Shown here: positions 15,101-29,267 of the stretch, one piece after another
Position numbering within the stretch: position 1 is the first letter of the stretch
Layout: the number at the start of each line of letters is the position of its first letter
Assembly (NCBI GenBank): GCA_030704615.1
Contig: CM060732.1
Location: 43,524,001 to 43,588,000, forward strand
Source of the DNA: Takakia lepidozioides
Lineage: Eukaryota; Plantae; Bryophyta
Direction of reading: 5' to 3'
DNA: 64,000 bases
Notes under the pieces: model-generated
Database searches by the model: none
What the model was told of the DNA's origin: nothing
Seen by the model: the letters and a program-made list of their open reading frames with translations, nothing else
Position numbers and translations under genes: made by a program

Positions 15101-18100
15101 TGGGTACAACTCGATACCTGTGAACCATATGGTTTCAGAACAATGCACAATAATAAGATATTCAGGATGAATAGAGTATCAGCTAATTATACACTTGCGG
15201 CTAACTCCCAATGCCCAGTGAGGTGCCTTGCAACTCTCTAGTGGTCGCTGTAATGTACCATAATATATAATAGAGGTAGTACAAACAATGTTACGCCCAT
15301 ATCTTCACAAACGAGAATTTATCTGAGTACTGCACACAATGCTATATAAAGGAGAGGGAGTTCATTGCGTGGGAGGCATGATGGAACTTCTACTTTGAAA
15401 ACACCGTACCTTTTTGGTTGACGAAGAGAGACTCGATTGTTGCTTAGAGTATCAGGTAAGACATGAAAGAGGTCAGCCCTGAGCGTATCATAAGTTGTGA
15501 GGACAAGGTCTGCCGCAGCCAGGTCATGAGCACCAACCACTTTCACCCCCAGTCTTCCATTCATCTCAGTATCTGTCTGGACATTTGATCCTATGCTCAT
15601 CCCCTTTTGCACACCTTCATACACCACGACTTGCAGAGCCCCAGCTCTTACATGCCTGAAACCAACAATTAACAGCTCTCATGACAACAGTCCTCGAAAG
15701 AAGATTCAAACTTCAACTTCATAGAAAACACTGCTCCCCTGGATTACTGTCAAAAAGCATGCTGAACATCTGCTCACACTTGAATGCTTGTCAGCTCACA
15801 GAGATGCCCCTAGAGCCAATACTGCTACTCCTTCAGACTAATAATATTTTTCCAAAACACACTAAAGTACTCTTTTGCTAATTTTTTGTTAACAACTTTC
15901 CAATCATAGCAACCTGAATATGGGTACACTTTAGGGTCTATTACGAACCTCTTCTCTGTATATACACACATCACATAACATTTTCCCAAGCTCTCACTTT
16001 CAGAAAATAATGTAAGACCTTGGCCTGCATAAAAACAAGGCAACAAGATGGGAAAGAGAAGAGATGGACCGAGAAATTTCATCCTGCCATTGCTGCAGTA
16101 TAGGTGTGGGGCACACAACCAAGGTTGCTCCACATTCTCCTTTCACTTCCACACTCCCGATCAACTCAGCGCATGTGCCGCATACAAAAGTGCATCTATC
16201 ATCTTCCACAATAAGAGAGTCCTTTGTATTCTTGCTAGACACAAAACCGGATGTCTTCCTTTGCCGTTTCTGTCTTGGATTTTGATTATTCACCAAAGCC
16301 CCATATTCCCTGCCTCTCTTCCCTGTATGCAGAAAATGATAAGCATGATATTGATGACCAACAGATTCACCAGAGCTGGACATCTAGCAACATCCCATTA
16401 GAAGCAATATTGGTCCATGAAAGTTGCACAAATTGACGGGTAGATTCTATGTATCTAAAATAGCCTTTTGTTACCATTTGCTTTCTTGAGTTGCTGTCCG
16501 CTTGAAACTGCACTATACTGACATTCTTCCTGTTCATTGGAGGAAGAGGCATAGCCAACACAAGAGGCATGCTGCCATGCGTCACACAGGTCACATTGAA
16601 CCCAGGAGCCTGTGTAAGAGTCATCCTCATGAATGGCACCACAACTACATTCAATCCGCTCACGTTTACGACGTGCCAACTGGGCCTGCACTTCCTTAGC
16701 TGCCTTTGCTGCACCTGACTTGGATGCACTGCGGTTCGGATTGGCAAGAATGCACGCCAGTAGCTCCACAGTCTTGCCCAAACCCATTTCATCTGAATGG
16801 CGCCATTGACACCACAATCGACCAGATTCCATGTTATGTAAATATCTAAAGGCAAAGTGGGACCTTGAATATATAAGATCTCATTAAATTCTTCTAATCT
16901 GATTGTGTACAAGTACCAGCAAGGAAAACCTGTTAATCTCCAACAGAGATAGGCCAGTGACTCGGCTAACCAAAACCTACATCCACTTGAGGATAAGCTA
17001 CATAAATCAGTGCAAGTGTATTCTTCAAACAAGGTGGAAATGAAATAACAAAGAGACAGCACATACCAGCAAGAATGCCTCCATGCACGTACGACTGAAA
17101 GTTATGAGGCTCCATTGAGACATATCCACTGTGGTCAATTCCCAGCCCAATACAGAATGCCAAAGTCACCACATCTGATGGGATCTTGCTTCTTCTGAGT
17201 CCACTCCTCTTTGCCAAGCTTGGGTCAGATTATAAGGTCCATGTTAAGGAGTGCAGAATGATTTGATAGACCACATCCTTACCCATCTCTTCACCCCAGC
17301 CTCCTATTCTTCACGTTAGCCTCCTAACCTTCACCAACATGAAGCCCTGGATACTCAATGTGCAACCACCAAGGTAATGCTAGGCCCTAAATGGGAGTTG
17401 TATAAGCAGTCTGGCATGCCAGCGCCCCTCCATTTAAGTGTTCATCATTCCCGCAATAGGCTATCCAGCTCAACTTACATGGAAGCTGTACATAAGTGCT
17501 AGAAAGGGTGAAGTTCAAGGCGAGGGTGAGAGTCAACACGAAAATATAACCATCGAGCTTTCAAACTCTAAAAGTGGGGACGACCAAGTACTAGAGGACA
17601 GGCATTGAGAGAGCAAACCTGTAAGGATTGTAGTAGAAATGTGATAATCCATCCAATGAATCCACGGCAATCCAAAGAGGGTGGTCAAATATTCTGTCAG
17701 ACTCTGCCATGCTTGCTGGTGTGCACCCTGGATTGCCACTTTGAGTTCCACATGATTCTTTCCTATGACACAAAGAGGGGCCATGACCTGTTCCAGCACC
17801 CCGTTCTCGCTGCACCATCCAGAAGGCTGCACGGCGCTGATATGGTCTCAGCTCTGGTAGAAGCTCTGGGAAGGCCATCTCTAAACATGGTTCATTCCTG
17901 CAGAGGATATTAAACCACAATGGTGACAACAACACACATTTTTCAAAAGTTCCAATAACTATGTGAATCATCTGTTTGACTCATGATATCATGGCCAGAG
18001 ATGTGCCATGCTCAGGGATTCTTTGTATGTGGGTCATCACCACAATCTGTTAGGGGAAAAATACAGCACTATGTAAAAAGTCAGACCCTAAAATAAAGCT

Positions 18101-19222
18101 TATTGCCAGTCTACCAATTTTGCAATACCACTCACCTGCAATCAGTCCCTTTCCACAACCACTTCCATCACTGACCTGGGTTAGTGATACTGCCAGGCCT
18201 TACCTTGTGGGCTTGACAGCGTCATAAAGAGCAGTTGGGTCAAATTCGCCCTGTAGCTTCTCACGGCCACTCTGCAGCTCCAACCCCTCATCTGCTTTCC
18301 CTTTGTCTCCAGAAACCTCTCCTGTACAGTCGGTCTGCTTTTGCAGCCACCCATTTCTTCCAACCGTAGTAAGGGTTTCGGCAGCGAGCTCTGGCCTAAG
18401 CCATGCAATCACACTCTGAATTGCCTTGGTCCAGGTCGGCCTGGTATTACTCTCAAGCAGCAATTCACAGCTCTCAAATGTCTTTCTTGTTATAAATACA
18501 CCTACCCTGCCTGACACACATCCCTCACTCCAGGGCCTTGACTGCAGCGTGAAATATGCCTGCTTGATCAAGTAGACTAGCCCAGACACTGCAGCATCTG
18601 GACAATCCAGTTGCCCTGACAAAAGCACTAGCGCAGGAGTTTCTTTGCCAGGACCCACAATCTCCACTGTTACATCCTGTGTGCTAAGTTCTTGCCAACC
18701 GCCAATCCTGACCTTCCCTTCACCAGCCACTTGCAACCTCAACTGCAAACTCTTCCCAGCTGATGTATCCTCTGTGCACTTTGATGAAGCTGAAGTATTA
18801 ACGAGACAGACCTCTGCAACCTCAAATCCACCCTCTTTGTCTAGCTCAGGGGCCAGAACCTCAGTGCATGCCACACTTGTACCAGGACCCACAACAGAAC
18901 CTTTTCTCTTGCGGAGATCCTGCTGCTCCTTACCACTGCCTGCTTGACAATCAAACAAAGACGTTGCCAGAGCTGTTTGACATGTAGAATCACGAGATCA
19001 CAAGCAGCCATCAAGGTGCACCTTGCTGAAATTCAATGAAACGCATACTGCATGAAGGGCTTCGGTGCAAGAACTTGGTAGTTTCCCTCGAGGCAGTTTA
19101 ACGCTAGCAGAAGACCATGTCAAATTACCTTCTAAGGCGTTCGGAATGTCGCTTGACAATTGGTCAGCATTGGAAACAACCTTGCCGCCCCTTGTAGGCC
19201 TTGCCTGTTTGCGCCTTGCCAT
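6119..19222 (-). CDS. SHPRH: SHPRH-like SNF2 helicase / PHD / RING E3 ubiquitin ligase, about 20 exons
   Basis: Start MARRKQARP at 19222; LRPYQRRAAFWM; GGILA|DEMGLGKT; PHD (CSCG..WVQCDLCDAWQHASC); WWRVCLDEAQMVE; RWCVSGTPIQ; LRLRQACCHPQ; RING (CPVCHE..LPCGHLLC..CPTCR); GANGLNLVEAQHV; EAQAINRVHRIGQ. Exons can be joined in frame at canonical splice sites except for one GC donor. Confidence 0.95.
11590..11960 (+). mobile_element. Two LINE 3'-end fragments in an SHPRH intron (same family as 45590-45645)
   Basis: taagctctttgagctttccg..gac.ttataaa.taccatttc at about 11612 and 11905, with (cattt)n tails. Confidence 0.75.
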
Positions 19223-20199
19223 CCGACAGCAGCTGCCTGAACCCAGCAAATTCTTTGCGCTACTGTGAGGTGCGACAAATCGACTTTGGGAACTACTCTG
19301 GAATGCTGAGTTCAGGTGTGGTTGCATGGCCTTGGGACACAAGGAAACTGACGAGGAGATAAATTTCTATGAAATGCTTGAAACATCTGAAATTGGGTTC
19401 AGATTGGCATAATCATGTTGGAATGTCTGTGCTCGATAAATAAACCTAAAAATCTCGTTATTCCCAAGACACTGTCCCAAAAGCTACATAGAATCCCGTC
19501 ACTGTCGCCCCAAAATTGACCCGTGCGGCAACACACAATGGAATTCACACGCGTTTTCAGTTTCATATACCATGCTGCTACGCTCCATCTCTCGGACCGG
19601 CCCCGAATTCAATTGCACTAAGACTACAGACATATGCGCATCCACATTCACCGAACAACGTCAAGAGAATCCAGCGAATTACAGCTCCAGAATTCAAGCA
19701 CACAATTTGATTCAAACCCATTAAGGAATTACCTGGAACTCGCACCGGGGATTGTACCTGACAATAAAGTTGAAACTTAGTTAGAGAGTCAACAATTTTC
19801 TTCTCCGCTGTGCCACCTGAACATGACCCATATCTCCTTCAATCAACCAAATCGCCCACACGCATGGTTGCTGTCGATTCCAGCACACGATCCACAGAAA
19901 AAGCTCCTCATAAGAAAACGTGAGGTTTGGGAAAGGAGACATGCCGCCAGTGTGTTTAAAGCCCAGAGTCTTCTTAATCTAAGCCCTCCATCGAGGAGGA
20001 TTTTGACGGCTCAAAACAAATCGAAAATGAAAGATCTAACGATTCTCTATCTTTAGAGCTCGTTATGAATTTTGTGCAGGGACCTTTATTCCGGAGTGGC
20101 TAAAAAAACAATTCTTTGAATTACTTTCAGAAAGGTAATACCTAGTACTACTTTGAGCAGTTTCCTCATGTATACACATGGACACTTTTCCTTCACGTT

Positions 20200-20430
20200 A
20201 GGCATCCATGCTTTATAAGCAGACCTACCAAATACTTAGCGAGACATTTGTTTTGTTTTGTTTTGTAGCGTCGTTGACATCTCCCAAACCGCGGAGCCCC
20301 GGCCCTGGTGCTTGGTGCAGTTGGAAAGTGGGCATTCCTGGAGCAGTGATTGGCCCTTATATGGGAGATTTGGAATTTCAAGTACTATTCGCAAAAAATA
20401 GCAAAATGGATATATCAATATATTAACCAT
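20200..20430 (+). repeat. Non-autonomous Helitron/Helentron-associated-like repeat
   Basis: (tttg)n followed by gttgacatctcccaaacc..ccctggtgcttggt..tgggagatttggaatttcaagtact; second copy at 50455-50690. Confidence 0.6.
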
Positions 20431-21523
20431 CTATAGAGAATATGAAATCACGAGCCACTGAAAATGCACAAATGCTGCTTCAAATGCTAGAACGTGAGCC
20501 TGGCGGCATGAGTATGTGAGCCCAGCAAGGGTCACGTCTCTTCCATGTTGTGTCACAAACACTGTCAGGATTGGGGTTTATTGTTTTGGGTATTTTGTTG
20601 AGGGGTCAAGGTCGACCATATGTTATGTACATATATATATATAGCTGAGAAATGGGAGGCAAGCTTTTAAAGATGCTAGTAGACAAGTGACATTAACATT
20701 AGAGTGGGTCATGTGGGGTGCGTCAACGCATGCTTTGCTGCGGCAATCTCGTACCACAATCAGAAAATACATGGGCCTCTTTGAAATGGTGTGATCAACG
20801 CCATTCTACCTAACCCCATTTCTAGATGTAGAGCCTACATGAGAGAGATTTTATTTTTATTTTTTATTTTTTCGGTTGGTTGGAAAAATGGTGTACGTCA
20901 ACGCACACCATTTTGTTGACGCACACCTTGGTCGAATATGCAAGAATGCTTCATGCTCGGCTGATAGGTACATTGTAAGTTCCGCATCTGGGATATGGTC
21001 GGGTGTACACAATCATGATATCCACATCTGTTTTGTAGGAGAAGGCCTACGCATTACAGTTTCCCCGATTGTTTTAGCACATTGTCGACTAGTCTAGGAA
21101 AAATAGAGAAGTTTGTTCCATGTAAGCATTTGTATTTATTGCGGTTCAGTGTTTCTCCTCTATGTAATTGAAACAAGGGGTGGATGCAAATGCGCCACTA
21201 CTCGTATTGTATGTCTGAAAAATGAATATTTCTTTGCTATGTTTTAATATGAAGACATTTTTCTGAAGAGATATGTGTTAAAGTATGTGAGGCTTGGTGC
21301 GATATATGGATTGAGTTACAACAGAAAAGTGACGCTACACAACCGAGTTCAGTGTTGGAACGATGCAATTATTTGGGAATAAGATAGTCACAACCATATT
21401 TATGGGTGTAATGCACTCTTCTTACTGTGTTGGTTTCATTGAAAAAAGCAACAGAATTCACCAATATAGATTGAACATTTCACGGTTATAGGCTCTTTCT
21501 GCCGCCACATGCTAGGTACGCTC

Positions 21524-22811
21524 CAGTGTTGGACTGGTATATAGCAGTGTTGGGCGGTTACCCGCCGGGACCCAGGTTAACCGGAACCGGGCCCATTCCT
21601 ACAGAACTTGACCCGGAACCTGCCAATGGGGATCGGCGCAGAACCGAACCGGCGGTTCCTACTGGGTGTGAGAACCGGGGCGAAGGGGGATAAAAACTGG
21701 TTCGGTTCTTGACCCCTTGGTGGGGCTGGTGGGCCCGGGGAAAAACTTATTTAATGCTCTCAAGCTCATGAGATACTGGGTTCAATGCTTGAAGGCCATG
21801 AGATTCTATGTTCAATGCTTCAGCGCCATGAGATCTTAGGTTCAATCTCCAGCTCCATGATATCCTGGCTAAGTTCATTAATAAAATGTTTGAAGATGCC
21901 AATACTTGCCAGGTTGCTGAATAGTACTTTCAACCCATAAAATTTTACCCATTTTCTTCTACCAGTTTATTCAGAGTATTTTTGTTTGTTTCTTTTGTGT
22001 TTAGTGAAAACTAACAAAATCGTTGGATTTTAGTTCAAATATGTGAATACACTGCTATTTAATCTACCGGACTGATAAAATATTTTAAATCTAATTAAAT
22101 TAAACAAATATATTTTTAAAATAAAACCGGAACGTAACCGGAACCGATGGTTTTTATTAGCAACTAACCGGTAATCGGAACCGCCCCCATGTTTAAAAAT
22201 TGGATCCGGAACCGGCTCAATAAAAAAAAAAACCGGAACCGGATCCGGAATCGTCTCTTGAAATAATTGTGGAACCGGAACCGAAGGCTCCTTCACAAAT
22301 GCAAGAACCGCCCAACACTGGTATATAGGTGAAGGACTGGTATATAATACTGGTATATGCACTGGTATTAGACACCAGACCAGTCTAGTATCATTTGGGA
22401 GAGTAACTTGGTCATATACCAGACCAGGCTGGTATCAGTTCTTTCATACCAGCCACAATACCAGTACTCCCCCACCTTCTTCCTAATTTACTCCGGTATG
22501 TATACTGAAGTAATTTATGTGTACATCTGCATATATATATGTATTTAAGTATATTATTATTTTATGTATATTTTATTTGTTTTCACTTGATACTTGCCAT
22601 TTGACACATTTGTAACTCAAGATGGCTTTGGAATAATACCAGAGTTGATATCTCATACCGGCTGGTATTGTGGTCATGATACTCATATTCATACTATTAT
22701 GTGGAAAAAAATACATCCACCATTATATAGACCAGACCGGTATGAAAGTTTTGTGATGCATCTGGTACCAGGACCAGTCTATGTGAAAAACTTGATACCA
22801 GTCCAACACTG
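21524..22811. mobile_element. hAT-type MITE family A, copy 1 (contains nested MITE B)
   Basis: TIR cagtgttggactggtat / ataccagtccaacactg; 8-bp TSD gtacgctc at 21516-21523 and 22812-22819. Confidence 0.92.
21545..22320. mobile_element. hAT-type MITE family B, nested in A
   Basis: TIR cagtgttgggcggtt / aaccgcccaacactg; TSD gtatatag at 21537-21544 and 22321-22328; many subterminal aaccgg motifs; internal ~30-bp tandem repeats at about 21750-21870. Confidence 0.93.
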
Positions 22812-23473
22812 GTACGCTCATGCAGACGTGGCGTGACCCTACAGTCACACCACGTCATGATGCTTGAGCGTGGGCTCACACGCTCAAGCCGTAGCGTCGA
22901 TGAGTTGCCACTGTGGTAAACTAACATCTTCTAAAATAACTCACTTTCTTTTGCTCATTTATTTGCCTCCCGAATGAAACGTAAATTATGGTGTCTCTCC
23001 ACCCCAAACGGTTACTACGGAAGGTGGACACCTTTGTGACACCAATCGGTGGATTGAACCCACAATGTATGTGCCCATTACAAGTTGGTTGTTTCATTTG
23101 CTAAACTTTAAAAAAAGGTTTGTACATTCAGCACATAGGCTTAGTTGATCCCACTCCTTGAACCTAAGCAGATTACCTTCACAACTCATATTAATGTAAT
23201 GGTTGAAGTTATGTAGTCTAAACTGTTGCCTAAATTTGTGCCTAAAAAGTTTTCAGCTGGGTAACATGGGCCGTGGTTTCCATAAGATAAATGAACTTAC
23301 ATGGTTTTAGTAGGAAAAACAAACACCATTATGTATATGACCACATCCATTTGTATCTCCTTAGTCTTCTTCATGCTGAATACTCTAGGTCTTAATAGCT
23401 GCCGTTTTATTACTTGTCTATAAAAATAAATTTAAATTCTTAAAAAAAACACTAAAATACTAAGTTCTTTTAA

Positions 23474-24154
23474 GTTGGACGTTCCAAAGTGAGCTTGGTG
23501 ACAATGGAAGAGCATCCTACCGGGGCCCACTCTCAGCCACAGAAGCGGCAAAATTCCGTGTTAGAGAGAAAAACCACAAAAACCATGCCCCACCGGTGCA
23601 CGCTACAACACCCGGTAAGGTTCCGTGCACTCCAAATTGTCTACGGACCCCAAACCTTGCCGTGTCCTTCCGGGCCTGGTATGTCTCACGCAAGTCAACG
23701 TCAGACACACGTGGAGTCAAGCGAGCATCCCACACGTGAGACGTTGGCGAACGAGAGGTTGAGCGGGAGTTTGGCGGGAGGTTTGTCGTGCCAACGGTGG
23801 GGAGCATAGATTATGCCGCTAATCACAGTAGGGAAATCGCGACTCAGAAGGAGTGTCAAGGGCTGTATCTCGTTCACGTAATTTTACTAGCTAATTATGT
23901 ACTGGAGAACAGCGAAGTCTGCCTGTATTTCTCTTCTTAGATATTTGTGCTTCTGATAGAGAGTGCGTAGTAAGGACTAGGATTAAATCCATTGTATATT
24001 TTCGAGTTAGATCAATAATGAACGATCGTCAGATTTGTCTGTGAATGGACTAGCGAACAATTTCAATTCACTGAGCTACCAGAGGAGTGCGTTAGAGTGC
24101 GTTGAGACTATACTGTTTCATGGTTTAAATCAAGACTTGTAAGTCCCTCCTGTC
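23474..24154 (+). mobile_element. Possible solo LTR
   Basis: GC-richer block from gttggacg to cctgtca with LTR-like composition; no matching TSD found. Confidence 0.35.
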
Positions 24155-25993
24155 AAGGTTGTCTTCAGTGCATATGGATTAATAGACCATTCATATTGTA
24201 CTAGACAGATCTGGAAACCTATGAACAATAACGTGTCTCTTGAACCAGGACCATGTAGAGAATTGTATGGATTTATCTCAACTTGCTCTTGCAACGGGTT
24301 CGTTCATGTTAGAATGGCTCAGAAGTATATGTCCAGTCTGTCTGTTCCCGTTTTTCATCCAACATCATATATCACACACAAGATGATATAAATCAAACAT
24401 GAAATTCAATACTTTTTAGATGACAAAATGGATTGACAAACCATTACAGCAAACGAAATAAGAATTGAAAGTCTATTCACAATTTTATGGATTATTTTTC
24501 ACAATAGAGTCAAGATGTTCATGCAGATGTCTAGGTAGATCATCTTCCATGTGCACAACTTAAACATTGTAATTTTTATACACCACCCACACCTTCCCCA
24601 CAAAGACCTTCCAGCCAATACGGACATTTTTAAGACCTGTTTCAACTAGAGACGCCAGAATCCATCGTGTTTCCAGGCCACGCTGAGGATTCTCAGTCTG
24701 ACGCCTTGACCTTTTGGTTGGACTTCGCAATCCTGCATCATCACGAGGTGCCAAGCTACATTGTTAATTTCCTGCAACAATCCTGATGGCAACGTGCTTC
24801 ATCTACTGACAGCTCTATTGTCACAACAACGTGTCACAGAACCTCAATTTGTCAATTATTACAAAACCTACGAAAGATGACTGAGGACTGAACAAATCAA
24901 CAAAAAATCAGCATTCAACTACAAAACTAAAATAGAGATTGGTCTATTGATCAGACAACCTCCACTATCAAATTGGAATTAGCAATGACAACCGATGGTC
25001 AATGTAGCTCCAGCAGTAGGATGAGACACATGGCACCAAATCAACAAAGACAATGACTAATGTGGATGCTACCAGTAAAGCTCAAATATACTGCCCCGGT
25101 GCATATAATTGCATCCAAATCTTGATACATCACTTCACTTTTTCAATGCTTCCATAAACGTATCGCAAAAAAAGATTTTATGGAAGGACCAAAGGAAGGT
25201 AAGAACTCCATGTACCTTTTGAAGAAAGAGGGCCTCCACATTTGTCTGGTCATGGTGCTGGCGCACAAAAAATGATGAGCAAGTCTGGACATGCTAGGTT
25301 AGGGCATGATGTCTTCAATTATCCATGTAGCTATCTAGTAAGGCTCCAAAGAGAAAGACAAACCAACAACTAGAACAAATAGCTGTTGATATCACCATGA
25401 TAAGATGTCATGATCTAATAACTCATTGATGGCGTATCTATGGCTTAATGCTACACCAGAAGCTGGAAAGAAGGCAGAGAGGTGAACTGGTGTTTCATAA
25501 ATAAACGTTCCAAAACATGCGATTTGTTCCGACAAAGAAGATCCACTGCTACAGGAGCTACTGTTCAAAACGAAGGCAAAACTGTCTACAAAGACGCTAG
25601 CCCTGCTCTTCAGTCTGTTGTGAAGCACACAAGGGGGAGATGCTTGTAGACTATATTCTGTAGCCGCAACCTCCGCATAAGATGGCAAATAAAAATTTGT
25701 TGGAGGACTTGGGAAAAAATCCGGGTTGGCAAAGAAAAGTAGAAACCGTGGTGTCCTGGGACTCCTGCATTCATACACCAATGAGCAAACTTCGTATATA
25801 GTCCGCATGCCAAACGAGTGCACCAAAGATGAATATGAAAACGATGCGTCCTGGGGTCAACAATCATCCTGGGGTGAACCAATGAGCAAATTTCTGGTCG
25901 CCTGGAAGAAGGACATGACAACGGATCATAAGTTATGTAGTCCGAGCAATTTGTCGATGCCATTCATCCCAAATAGCACACCAGAAGACCAGC

Positions 25994-26504
25994 CAGATTA
26001 AGATGTTGTTGACGACACTTTAATCTGACACATTCGGGGAATTTTTAATTTTTTTAATTTTTTTGGTCTGTTGGGTGCAATTCTCATGTTCGGACAGGGC
26101 AGTGAATTAAGGTATCGTTGATGATACCTTAGTCCCCAGCCCCTGCACACACATGCTTATCGCTAAGGCATGTGTTCCCTCTTCAATAACATCTAATTTG
26201 TCACTTTTCGGGGATTGTTTTTTTTTTTTTTTCCTGTTGGGTTCAATTCTCAGGTTGGCACAGGGCTGGGAATTAAGATGTCGTTGACGACACCTTAATC
26301 TGCAGTCCCTCCACACACTCACTTACCGGTAATGCATGTGCTCCCTGAGTTGAAATGTCATGTGCCCCTGTTCGGAATTGAGTTATTGTTGAGGGCACCT
26401 TTAGCCGCTTCCCTGCACAAAAATGAACCCCCCCATGGTTTTATCATGGGCTGACATGTGTTGAGATGGGCTGCAAATTAAGCTGTCGTTGACGACAACG
26501 TAAT
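25994..26504. repeat. Four dispersed 28-bp palindromes, consensus attaaggtgtcgttgacgacaccttaat
   Basis: Copies at 25997, 26106, 26272 and 26477. Confidence 0.8.
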
Positions 26505-28429
26505 GCCTTCTTCGCTGCACATACTCATCCCTGATGATACATGTTGTTGCAGTCATCCATGGTTTACTCGTCTGGGCAATTTTTCATCCGATAATCATCC
26601 AGCGTTCATCCATTCCCGTTTGCATTCATCCCACATACATTCAACCGAAACCTTTTTCATCGCATTTTCGTGCCACATTGTCGTCATGGAGCATGTCTGT
26701 CTTCGATCCGATCGAACGGACACTGCGTCCTTGTAGTGGAGTTTGCGTCCACGGCTATAGGCCCACTTGTTTCCTCGGTTTTGGGGTCCACATCAGTAAT
26801 CTGCTCATGCTTTCAATCTGCTCACGCATCAGGGAATCTGCTCACGGGTTCTGCTCACGGCTTACCTGCCCTCGTATATGAGGTCTAGAATAAGGATGCA
26901 ATTTGTGGTCTATAGCAAATGTATGTACCTCGCATTGCCCCCCTTTTGCGCACTCTAAAGCACAACTGACATGAATCGGCGTGGATTATCTTGTTGCAGG
27001 CACTGTTCATCACTCTGAGACTACTACTTATGGTTTTGGTTTGTATGCTAGAAAAAGTGAGGCATCGTTGTTGTTACCGACCCAAACCAGCTTGATGTGA
27101 GGAGATTAATGGAGGAGAGCATAGTTTCTGGTAATTCAATCAATGTTGAGGCCGCCCAACTTAAGATGAGTAATATAGTTGGCACCTCCAAACAGAGTAC
27201 TCTGATCTATATTGTCATGTATCCTCTAGGGCCATCCCAGCTACAAGGGATAGAACAGCTGGAAAGAGACTTTTAAGACAGATTCATTTTTTCCGTTGTG
27301 CATGCACTGACAAAAAGGTCGTTTCATCATGGTTCTTTTCATGCAAGAGATCAAATAGATGCCTTGGATGGATTGAAGGGTGATGATGGTGTGTAGGACT
27401 GAAGTTTGACCTGTGTAGGAGTCATTCCAATTAGGCAAAAGGGAAGTTGCAAGCCCAATTTATAGAGCTTGAGATTGAGAGTATGCAGTGTAGTTCCTAT
27501 TATTCCAGTGCCAGGAAGTCTTGATTGAGGAGAAAATTCCTAGTGTGATCTCTGAAGCCATGGGCCTCCTTAAGTCTCAATTGTGGGTTTAAATCGACTT
27601 TGAACCAGTAATGGCCTTGGAACTTTTACGGAGGCCAATCAACCCGAGCTCAGCCCCGATTCCATCCAAGCCCACAGGTGCAAGTTGTGGGCTCAGACAG
27701 CTAGGCATGAGTATTACTAAGGGCTCGCACTTAAATGATGAAAGTGGTGTAGTCTAAATTTATTCTCATGTGCAACGTTGCCACCCAATGTCCAAAGCTT
27801 GTCTCGCTGTGCAATATTGAATAATCTTAATTCTAGAGAGGGTAATAATGTTGTTGATATTCGTGGTTTCGTAGGCCTATTGGGTGACATTTGAGAGTTA
27901 GTAAGTGCAACATTATGTAATTGGGCTAATCCAGACAAACTCAAAGTGTGTGAATTGAGTTTCAAATTAGTCGATTGGGGCTACGACCTTCATAATCACG
28001 TAGGTCATAAGGTTACAACTATGTGATAGATACTGATTATATTGCTTGCTAATTAGTTAGCATAAAGAAGTCTAGCTCTAATTTCTAATACCTGTTGGGC
28101 TGTAGCCTAGAATAACCGGGTACTACTTTTCTCGTGTCCATTTCCATTACAATGATAAAGTCTTAATGAGATTATTGATCTAGTGGATCCATTCCTAACG
28201 TTAGTTTATGTAGAATATGTCAAAGAGAGTCTGGCCAATATACTTGTGCGACATCGCCTCAATTGATCTAATCATTGACTAAAAAAAAACTTGGTTCTAG
28301 ATTATAATAGCTACCAAAAGATGATAGCCAGACACGAGAACAATGGCTTAGACCATCCCCACCGGTGGCACAGTACACGGGTACATCAAGTGCCTTTTAT
28401 TGAGGCATGTGCAGAGCGTGTAAGAAGAT

Positions 28430-28742
28430 GGGTGGGAAAATGTATCCATCCTTGCAATGGCTAGATGAACAAATGATGCTTGCATCTAGCAGCCCTCGCA
28501 ATGACATGGTTTTTTTTTTTTTGGAAGGGGTGTGTCCATTGTTGATGGCTGGAGAAGCAAATGATGTTTGTGTTGGCGCAAGCATCTCCCAACCCTTGCA
28601 ATGACGAGATTTTTATTTTATTTTATTTTGAAGGGGGTGTACATATTCTTTATTTTTTATTTTTTTTGGAAGATAGGTGTCCATTTGCGCAATGGCTGGA
28701 GGAGCAAATGATGCTTGCGTTCCTAGCCCTCACAATGATGAA
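28430..28742. repeat. Degenerate tandem repeat x3
   Basis: tgtcca..atggctggaga.gcaaatgatgcttg..ccct.gcaatga recurs three times. Confidence 0.7.
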
Positions 28743-29267
28743 CCCTTATTTGTGCTCTATTAGCAATGATGGAAAAGTTTTGAATTCCAATCAGTTGTAA
28801 CTTCTAGGGGTTTTTGTCTTCTCAATGTTTTGTTAGCACACCTATCATGTGATCATGATTACAGCCCGGGTACCAAATTTTGTTCTTGCACCCTTCCAGC
28901 CAAAGTGAGAGCAACATGATAACTGGAGACAACATAATATTTGTTATGTTAGGGACGTCTGCCCGATGTATAACAAATTCCATGTGGCATTTGAAAAATG
29001 TTCACCTCCCTCAATGGGAATCACATATTCAGCTTGCCTTACTGTTCGGTATATGAAGCCAATAATACTAAAGGACTATCCCATTTCAGTTTCTATTCTG
29101 TTGTGTTTGGCCCCATTTCACATTACCATTTCGGAAGTCTTTCCCTCCACGGTAATAGACCCATGTTATCCACAGTTATAGGCTCTCTTTCAAGATTCTG
29201 CTCACGCTTACAATCTGCTCACACTTAGCGTGCTCACATGAGCTGCTCACGGCGTAGCTTCTCTCGA

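Noticed and set aside
6125-19268. Numerous plus-strand ORFs over SHPRH
   Set aside because: Antisense shadows of exons with no independent motifs.
25000-25990. Coding-like degenerate sequence
   Set aside because: Stops in all frames and no family recognised.
25994-26504. CRISPR or attC-like repeats
   Set aside because: Spacing is irregular, inter-repeat DNA is partly duplicated, and there is no associated integrase or cas gene.
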